Below, piece after piece: positions 58,237 to 64,000 of a stretch of DNA of 64,000 nt. The stretch comes from Burkholderiales bacterium (GTDB lineage: Bacteria > Pseudomonadota > Gammaproteobacteria > Burkholderiales > SG8-39), in the NCBI GenBank assembly GCA_017880775.1, contig JADGRQ010000013.1, positions 5,368 through 69,367 of the forward strand, in the 5' to 3' direction. A program made the translations under genes and the position numbers. The notes beneath the pieces are model-generated. The model ran no database searches, had not been told where the DNA came from, and saw only the letters and a program-made list of their open reading frames with translations. Within the stretch, counting starts at the first letter, position 1; each line of letters begins with the position of its first letter.

Positions 58237-58665
58237 TCAGAAGCGGAATATCGCCCGGACTATGGTACCTCGCGAAAATGACTCACGGGAAAGCTGAGCG
58301 AGGGACGAGTTCTCTATGCCCAGCATCATTGGTCGCAAATCGAACTCTTGACCGGTAAAGAGTTTACGCACCGGGCGGATGCGGACTGCCCAATTGAGAT
58401 GTGACTTCGCTTCGTTCAAATAGAAATCCGATAATGGCCAATTGGCGCTTTGCGCAGCAAACCATAGATTGGAGAAATGGTAATCCACGTCAGCCATGGC
58501 ATGCGACTGGCTGGGAACGAGGCGCTTGAGTGCCTCGAGCTCGGTCTTCAGCGCCGCAATATCGGATCGCGGCACACCCGCGCCTTGAGCAAACGCAGCG
58601 TTCTGCAGCGCAACTCATCCGCTGCACATGCCGATCGACAGAATAACCAACAGCTTACGTCTCAT
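58237..58665 (-). pseudogene. exported protein gene interrupted by an in-frame TGA at codon 17
   Basis: ATG at 58663-58665 with GGGAGG 7 nt upstream; MRRKLLVILSIGMCSG-TGA(58615-58617)-VALQNAAFAQGAG continues in the same frame into ORF 58237-58575. Confidence 0.6.
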
Positions 58666-58715
58666 ATCGCAGCCTCCCGCTTTGAAGTTCGGATTGCGCT
58701 GCGCTCCCGAGCGCC

Positions 58716-59027
58716 TCAATCTCCGATGACTTCATCCAACAATTCCCGGATCTTGCCCTTCACCTGCTTGAGCAGCCGCCGTCCTTTCGCCGTGGCCTCG
58801 TAATATTTCCGCAGCTTGCCGTTGACCACCTCATCCGCCGATCGCAGATAGCCGGCCTTTACCATGCTGTGAAAAATCGGGTACAGCGTGCCCGGACTGA
58901 GCGTGTAGCCATGGCGGTGCAGCTCCTCGATCATCTCGAGGCCAAAGATGCGCCCTTCGGCCGCGTGGTGCAGAACGTGCACGCGCACGAACGCCAGAAA
59001 CACGCCACGAACGATACTATTGTCCAT
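58716..59027 (-). CDS. PadR family transcriptional regulator
   Basis: 103-aa ORF; HVLHHA....FGLEMIEEL...GY.LSPGTLYP.FH.M...G.L......VNGK.RKYY..T..G. Confidence 0.88.
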   Translation of the reverse strand: MDNSIVRGVFLAFVRVHVLHHAAEGRIFGLEMIEELHRHGYTLSPGTLYPIFHSMVKAGYLRSADEVVNGKLRKYYEATAKGRRLLKQVKGKIRELLDEVIGD

Positions 59028-59030
59028 CGT

Positions 59031-59049
59031 TATCGGATCCCGATATAAT
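59031..59049. promoter_or_regulatory. inverted repeat TATCGG-ATC-CCGATA overlapping a TATAAT hexamer (candidate PadR operator / chrA -10)
   Basis: Read directly: arms at 59031-59036 and 59040-59045; TATAAT at 59044-59049, 70 nt upstream of the chrA ATG and 4 nt from the padR ATG on the other strand. Confidence 0.3.
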
Positions 59050-59119
59050 CAATTTAAGCGTTGTCCGCACGCAAGTCAAATTACCGGCGCGACCGCCGTA
59101 TTGCGCTCAGGAGCTGCCG

Positions 59120-60334
59120 ATGCAGCCGATTTCCCCGCAACAGACCAAGCACCGCGCTTCGCCCTTGGCCATATTCTGGATCTTCCTGAAACTCGGGTGC
59201 ACTTCGTTCGGCGGGCCCATTGCTCATTTGGGGTATATGCGTCATGAATTCGTTGATCGGCGCCGGTGGCTCGATGAGACCTCCTACGCCGATCTGGTTG
59301 CGCTCTGCCAGTTCCTGCCGGGGCCCGCCAGCAGCAAGCTCGGGATTGCCCTGGGTATCGCGCGTGCCGGATTGTCGGGCGGATTCGCAGCCTGGCTCGG
59401 GTTTACCATGCCCTCAGCCATCGCCTTGATACTCTTCGCGCTGAGTTTCGAACGGCTGGGTTTCTCGGCGGACGCCGGATGGCTGCACGGCTTAAAAGTC
59501 GTCGCGGTAGCCGTGGTTGCTCAAGCGGTCCTCGGGATGGGGAAAGCGCTGTGCCCGGACCGGTTCAGGGCATCACTGGCGGTTGCCTCCACTGTGGTCG
59601 TCTTTGCGTGGCCAACCGCCGCCGGCCAGATCCTTGCGATCGCTATCGGCGCCCTTCTCGGCTGGCGCTACCTGCGGCCTGTAAATCTTGAGGTCGCACC
59701 CAGCCTTAGTTTTCCGATTGGTCACCGGTCTGCGATTGCAGCATGGATTCTGTTTTTTGGCCTGTTAATGCTGCTGCCCATTACCGTCAGAATGACCGGG
59801 GATCACACCTTGGCGCTGTTTGACAGTTTTTACCGCGCCGGGTCTCTCGTTTTTGGCGGAGGACACGTAGTTCTTCCGCTATTGCGCAATGAGGTCGTCC
59901 CGTCCGGCTGGATAACTGATGACGCCTTCCTCGCGGGTTATGGCGCGGCACAAGCCGTGCCGGGGCCACTTTTTACATTTGCGGCGTACCTGGGTACGGC
60001 CATGAACTTACCGCCCAATGGCATCTGGGGGGGAATGTTCTGTCTCGTTGCCGTCTTTCTACCGGCATTCCTGCTCACTGTCGGCGCACTGCCATATTGG
60101 GATGCGTTGCGCCGTCGAACTTCCATCCAGCGAGCGTTGCAGGGAATTAATGCCTCGGTTGTCGGCATCCTCCTCGCAGCCCTTTACGACCCCGTATGGA
60201 CGAGTTCCATTCGCTCAACTGGTGATTTTGCCCTGGCGCTTGTCGCGTTTGCACTGCTTATCTTCTGGAAGCAGTCCCCTTTGCGAGTTGTGGTCGTCAC
60301 GGCCTTGGGTGGCGCGGCGCTTGCCATGCTCTAA
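59120..60334 (+). CDS. chrA: chromate efflux transporter (two-domain CHR family)
   Basis: 404-aa ORF; FLKLGCTSFGGPIAHLGYM..EFV..RRW, FLPGPASS in the first half and a second GGGHVVLPLL..E.V...W repeat. Confidence 0.92.
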   Translation: MQPISPQQTKHRASPLAIFWIFLKLGCTSFGGPIAHLGYMRHEFVDRRRWLDETSYADLVALCQFLPGPASSKLGIALGIARAGLSGGFAAWLGFTMPSAIALILFALSFERLGFSADAGWLHGLKVVAVAVVAQAVLGMGKALCPDRFRASLAVASTVVVFAWPTAAGQILAIAIGALLGWRYLRPVNLEVAPSLSFPIGHRSAIAAWILFFGLLMLLPITVRMTGDHTLALFDSFYRAGSLVFGGGHVVLPLLRNEVVPSGWITDDAFLAGYGAAQAVPGPLFTFAAYLGTAMNLPPNGIWGGMFCLVAVFLPAFLLTVGALPYWDALRRRTSIQRALQGINASVVGILLAALYDPVWTSSIRSTGDFALALVAFALLIFWKQSPLRVVVVTALGGAALAML

Positions 60335-60408
60335 AACGAACAGGAAATGCCGGGCGCTCCCGCTGCGTGAGTTTGGGGCATTGCCGGTCGCTGTGATGTA
60401 ATCCGGTC

Positions 60409-60810
60409 GTGCAACTGGCCATCCCCGAAAGCGAAGTCGAGATCTCGGCCGTGCGCTCCTCCGGCGCCGGCGGCCAGAACGTCAACAAGGTCTCGAGCGC
60501 CATCCACCTGCGCTTCGATATCCGCGCATCCTCCCTGCCCGCGGCCGTCAAGGCGCGGCTGCTCGCGCTCAAGGATCAGCGCATCACCCGCGACGCCGTC
60601 ATCGTCATCAAGTCGCAGCGGCATCGCAGCCAGGACATGAACCGCGACGATGCGTTGCGGCGCCTGAACGAACTGGTGAATCGCGTGGCAGTGCCGCCGA
60701 AGCCGCGCAGGCCGACCCGGCCGTCCCGCGCGGCGAAGAAGCGCCGTCTCGAGAGCAAGATCCAGCGCGGAAGGATCAAGGCGCTCAGGGGCAAGGTCAC
60801 CGACGGCTGA
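60409..60810 (+). CDS. arfB: alternative ribosome-rescue factor ArfB (peptidyl-tRNA hydrolase)
   Basis: 133-aa GTG-started ORF; GGQ motif SSGAGGQNVNKVSSA and basic C-terminal tail (KPRRPTRPSRAAKKRRLESK). Confidence 0.9.
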   Translation: MQLAIPESEVEISAVRSSGAGGQNVNKVSSAIHLRFDIRASSLPAAVKARLLALKDQRITRDAVIVIKSQRHRSQDMNRDDALRRLNELVNRVAVPPKPRRPTRPSRAAKKRRLESKIQRGRIKALRGKVTDG

Positions 60811-60817
60811 AGTCGGC

Positions 60818-62425
60818 TCAGTCGTAGACGCGGAAACGGATGCTCGGTTCGCGCTTGATCTGGTCCACCAGCGCGACCTCCCAGCTCAGGTATTCGCGCG
60901 CGTGTTTCTCGTAATCGCCGCCGTGCTCATGATCGTACGGCTTGTACCAGACATCATCGAGCGACGTAGTCGCATTCGCCATGCCCGATTCGCCGGCGAG
61001 TCCGGCTGCAAACCACGCTGCGTTTCCGCCGTCGAGCACGCGCACCGCCCGGTTCGGCCAGAGCGCCGCGGCTTCGGCCGCGGCGAGATGGGCGAGCATG
61101 CCGTCCTCCGACGTGAGCACGATCGTCCCGGACTCCGGCACCCGGGCGCGTACCGCATCGAGCCTCGAGCGCACTGCCCACCACGCGCCGGGAAGATGCC
61201 GGTCGCGGAATTTGAGGCTGGTCGACAGATCGATCACCACCGCCGCGCCGCGCGCCGGCCGCGCGGCAAGTTCGCCGGCAGCGATGGTTTGCCAGGGCGC
61301 GAAGCCGGCTACGCTTCGCGCGCGCGGCCCGCGTTCCACCGGGCAGCCGGCGATACCGTCCTCGCCTTCGGGTTCGAGCACGTACGCGTCGTTCCAGCCC
61401 ATCTGGTTGAGCCATGAGGCGGTCATCACCGAGCGCACGCGCTCGGGATCGACCAGCACCACCCGCGCACCGCGCACTCCGACGTACTCATCGGCCGCCT
61501 GCACCAGCTGTCCGCCGGCTGCGTGGCGCGAACCGACAACGTGGCCTTGCTCGAACTCCTCGCGCGAACGCACATCCAGCAGGTAAAGCGTGCGGTTCGC
61601 ATCGCCGGTCCACGCCATCACCTGCGGAAAATCGACGAACTTCACGCCGAAGCGCTGCGCCACCCGGTCGGCGGCTACACGCGCTCTTGCGCGTCCTTCG
61701 GGCGATGGCGGCGGCGCCATCCGGGTCGATTCGCGCTCACAAGCGAAACCGGCCAGCTCCCAGCCCATCGTGCCGTCCTTCAGCGCAACCACCTTGTTGG
61801 CAATCCCGGCATTGCGCAGCGACTGGCAGCCGATGATGCTGCGGGTGCGTCCAGCGCAGTTCACCACCACCAGTGTGTCGGGGTCGCTCGCCAGATCGTG
61901 CACCCGGTACAGCAGCTCGGCGCCGGGTGCGTCGATGGCGCCCGGGATGTTCATGCGGTGATATTCCTCGTAGGGCCGCGAATCCAGAATCACCAGCGTC
62001 GCGCCGCTCGCTTCGAGCCGCTTCAATTCTTCCGGTGGGATGCGCGGCGTAGCGTAACGGTGCTCGACGAATTCGCCGAAGGCTTTCGAAGGAACGTTGA
62101 CGCCGCTGAACAGCTCGCCCGCGCCTGCGCGCCAGCCCGCACAGCCATTTTCGAGGATCGCGACGTCGGCGTAGCCGAGCTGCGCCAGTCTCGCCGCGGC
62201 GCGCTCGGCGAGCCCCTCGCCGCCGCCATCGAGCAGTACCATCGGCGCAGTGCGCCGCGGCACGAGGTCTTCGATCATCAACTCGAGTCGCGACAGCGGC
62301 AGCGAGCCGGCGAAAAACGGGTGGCCCTTGTAATGCACCCCCTGCTCGCGCACGTCGAACAGCGCGAGTTCTTCGCCCGCGGCGAGCAACCCTCGCAGCG
62401 CCTCGGCAGTGATGGTTCCGGTCAC
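60818..62425 (-). CDS. multi-domain rhodanese (sulfurtransferase) protein
   Basis: 535-aa ORF (GTG start); repeated rhodanese modules, active-site loop NCAGRTRS; GTGA overlap with the upstream cupin gene. Confidence 0.87.
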   Translation of the reverse strand: MTGTITAEALRGLLAAGEELALFDVREQGVHYKGHPFFAGSLPLSRLELMIEDLVPRRTAPMVLLDGGGEGLAERAAARLAQLGYADVAILENGCAGWRAGAGELFSGVNVPSKAFGEFVEHRYATPRIPPEELKRLEASGATLVILDSRPYEEYHRMNIPGAIDAPGAELLYRVHDLASDPDTLVVVNCAGRTRSIIGCQSLRNAGIANKVVALKDGTMGWELAGFACERESTRMAPPPSPEGRARARVAADRVAQRFGVKFVDFPQVMAWTGDANRTLYLLDVRSREEFEQGHVVGSRHAAGGQLVQAADEYVGVRGARVVLVDPERVRSVMTASWLNQMGWNDAYVLEPEGEDGIAGCPVERGPRARSVAGFAPWQTIAAGELAARPARGAAVVIDLSTSLKFRDRHLPGAWWAVRSRLDAVRARVPESGTIVLTSEDGMLAHLAAAEAAALWPNRAVRVLDGGNAAWFAAGLAGESGMANATTSLDDVWYKPYDHEHGGDYEKHAREYLSWEVALVDQIKREPSIRFRVYD

Positions 62426-63009
62426 GCGCGCCCGGCGCGCGCTTCACGAATGTCGGAGTGCGGCGGGAACACATCCCAGCTGTGTTCGGCGGCCTTGTAG
62501 AACTCGCGCTTGTGCAACTGTTCTAGCGCGAGGCCGTACATGTGGAAGTTCAGGAGCGGCGCGTCGATGTGGATGGAATGCAGGTCCTCGGGCAGGAACG
62601 CCACGCCCTCGCCCTGCCGCACCACGTGCCGGCCTTTCTCGCGCACGCCGCCTTCGCTGTCACGGTCGTAGAACTTGTTCAGCTCTTCGCCCGTAACGCC
62701 GACGATCACCGCCCAGGTGGTATGGTTGTGGGCCGGCGTGCCGTGCCCGCCGAGCGCCGAGTTCGCGTAGAGCGCGAAGCGCTGGTCGGCGTCTTCGGCA
62801 AGCCGGTACAGGCAGGAAAAGCGCGTGCCGCCTTGCGCCGGCGGCGGAAAGTCCTCGACGCTGAAAAGATCGGTGCGCGCCGCGAGCCTGATCAATCGCT
62901 GCTTGATGCGTTCGAGACTTTCGCGCGTGACGCCGTCGCGCTTTTCAATCGCGCGGATGTCGGCGACGGCGGCGTCGATTTCCCTGGTGCGTTCCTGGGT
63001 GCGGTCCAT
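62422..63009 (-). CDS. cysteine-dioxygenase-type cupin (thiol dioxygenase-like)
   Basis: From MDRTQERTREIDAAV (ATG 63007-63009, SD AAGGAGGA) within ORF 62422-63153; cupin metal ligands in PAHNHTTWAVIVGV and LHSIH. Confidence 0.78.
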   Translation of the reverse strand: MDRTQERTREIDAAVADIRAIEKRDGVTRESLERIKQRLIRLAARTDLFSVEDFPPPAQGGTRFSCLYRLAEDADQRFALYANSALGGHGTPAHNHTTWAVIVGVTGEELNKFYDRDSEGGVREKGRHVVRQGEGVAFLPEDLHSIHIDAPLLNFHMYGLALEQLHKREFYKAAEHSWDVFPPHSDIREARAGRA

Positions 63010-63035
63010 GAGTCCTCCTTCAGAGGGAGGAAATT

Positions 63036-63599
63036 CTACCAAACCCGGGGCAGCAGCTTTGCGAGCTCGGCGTCGTGCACCAGCCGGATGTCCTTCTCCA
63101 GCGCGAACGCGCGCGCGTTGTCGGTGATTTCCCCCGCCGCGACATAAATACAATCGTGCGCGTCGTGCGCCCGCATGGCGGCATGGAGCTCGCGCAGCGG
63201 CTCGATTCCGGTGCGCGAGACCTTCCAGCGCTTGCAGCCGACCAGCGAAACGCGCCCCGCCCGGGTCAGCTCGAAATCGGCCGCGGCCCCGCTTAACCGG
63301 TTCACCCTGTAGCCGTCACGCCGGAAGGCATCCTCGATCGCACTGGAAAAGTCATCCCACGACATTGCGCGCAGCGTGCCGAGCGTGTCGGCGACCTGCG
63401 CGGCGCTGGGCGCGCGAAACTGCAACCAGCCGGCATAGCCCCCGATGATTACGAACGGCAGCGTGCCGCAAAGCGCGTAGAGCTCGGGAATCACCAGCCT
63501 CAGCGCGGCGAATAACGCGCCGGCGATGACGAAGCTGATCCACCATGGCGAGCGCAGCAGGATCGCGAACAGCGAATTCTTGGCCATCTGGAATTTCAT
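63036..63599 (-). CDS. membrane-anchored restriction-endonuclease-fold (Mrr_cat-like) protein
   Basis: 187-aa ORF; two N-terminal TM helices (SPWWISFVIAGALFAALRLVI, LCGTLPFVIIGGYAGWL) then W..FE.....F...GY........ADF.L......V.CKRW core typical of Mrr-type PD-(D/E)xK nucleases. Confidence 0.78.
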   Translation of the reverse strand: MKFQMAKNSLFAILLRSPWWISFVIAGALFAALRLVIPELYALCGTLPFVIIGGYAGWLQFRAPSAAQVADTLGTLRAMSWDDFSSAIEDAFRRDGYRVNRLSGAAADFELTRAGRVSLVGCKRWKVSRTGIEPLRELHAAMRAHDAHDCIYVAAGEITDNARAFALEKDIRLVHDAELAKLLPRVW

Positions 63600-64000
63600 G
63601 CTGGCTGCGTGCCTGCCCGCGGGCGCTTCGCGAGCATGAAGAACAGGGACCCCAACCCCGCCAGCACCGCAATCACGGTAAACCCCGCGCGGTAGTTCCC
63701 CGTCAAATCGGCGAGCACACCCGCCAGCATCGGCCCGCCGATCTGGCCGATCACGATGATCAGGGAGGAAAGCCCAAGGATCATGCCGATGGCGCGCCGG
63801 CCAAAATAGTCGGCGCGGATCGCCTGCATGAACGGGCCGCGCAAGCCCCAGGCGCCGCCGTGCAGCACCGCGAAAGCTACCAGCATCACAGGTCCGGCGG
63901 CATAAGCGAGCATCAGCAAGCCCGCCGCGTGCATCAGCATGCAGACCGCGGCGACGAAGCGTTTCTCGAAACGCTCGCCGATCACCCAGCCGAGCATGAC
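63596..64000 (-). CDS. MFS transporter, C-terminal part (gene continues past the right edge)
   Basis: Frame open to the window end; successive TM helices and MFS-like loop (ADYFGRRAIGMILG); ATGA overlap with the downstream nuclease-fold gene. Confidence 0.75.
   Translation of the reverse strand, partial: VMLGWVIGERFEKRFVAAVCMLMHAAGLLMLAYAAGPVMLVAFAVLHGGAWGLRGPFMQAIRADYFGRRAIGMILGLSSLIIVIGQIGGPMLAGVLADLTGNYRAGFTVIAVLAGLGSLFFMLAKRPRAGTQPA

Noticed and set aside
58615-58617. Selenocysteine or genome-wide TGA recoding as explanation for the in-frame TGA
   Set aside because: The position is inside a signal-peptide hydrophobic core. Only a 4-bp GCAG/CUGC stem follows, so there is no SECIS-like structure. 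Dozens of genes in the window terminate correctly at TGA.
1-64000. CRISPR arrays, tandem repeats, IS elements, rRNA, riboswitch-like leaders
   Set aside because: Reading through all intergenic regions, I found no regularly spaced repeats, transposase or integrase translations, rRNA-like sequence or recognisable riboswitch cores. A computational scan (minced, ISEScan, Infernal) would be needed to exclude small or degenerate elements.

Overview
GC-rich (about 63-68% by hand counts) beta/gamma-proteobacterial chromosome segment, densely packed with housekeeping operons. Gene order closely matches Pseudomonas-type synteny. Main blocks are rpe-trpE ... trpG-trpD, apaG, mltA, dsbC, a ubiquinone hydroxylase, tRNA-Met, and miaB-ybeZ-ybeY-corC-lnt. 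Then come glyQ-glyS-gmhB-plsC-ygjP-like-gloA, lptD-surA-pdxA-rsmA with divergent amgK-murU-pepP-ubiH, and dusB-fis-purH-purD-hemF. The last blocks are hemY-hemX-hemD-hemC-algR-algZ divergent from argH, hemA-prfA-prmC-grxD, arfB, and a rhodanese/cysteine-dioxygenase-like pair. Many neighbours overlap by 4 nt (ATGA/GTGA), and several true starts lie well inside the long ORFs of the six-frame track. I saw no rRNA, CRISPR array, transposase or integrase.

Accessory, AT-richer (52-58%) islets interrupt this core:
- (A) about 1.75-7.0 kb in the trpE/trpG gap holds two divergent atypical SAM methyltransferases (one PKMT-like) and exported orphan proteins. This is my best candidate for an undescribed module.
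- (B) 24.8-28.1 kb downstream of rsmA holds a Fic protein, a truncated BrnT with BrnA, an intact RHH-PIN pair, an orphan VapB fragment and an exported orphan.
- (C) A Hanks kinase fused to a cNMP-binding domain is coupled to argH and sits next to an N-terminally truncated fructosamine kinase.
- (D) A lone DUF433 gene lies inside the hemA-prfA-prmC operon.
- (E) 56.4-60.3 kb holds a Tat-exported nicotinamidase, an OM channel, a gene with an in-frame TGA in its signal peptide, and padR-chrA.
- (F) A membrane-anchored Mrr-like nuclease is coupled to an MFS gene.

All functional calls come from reading the translations. No database search was run.
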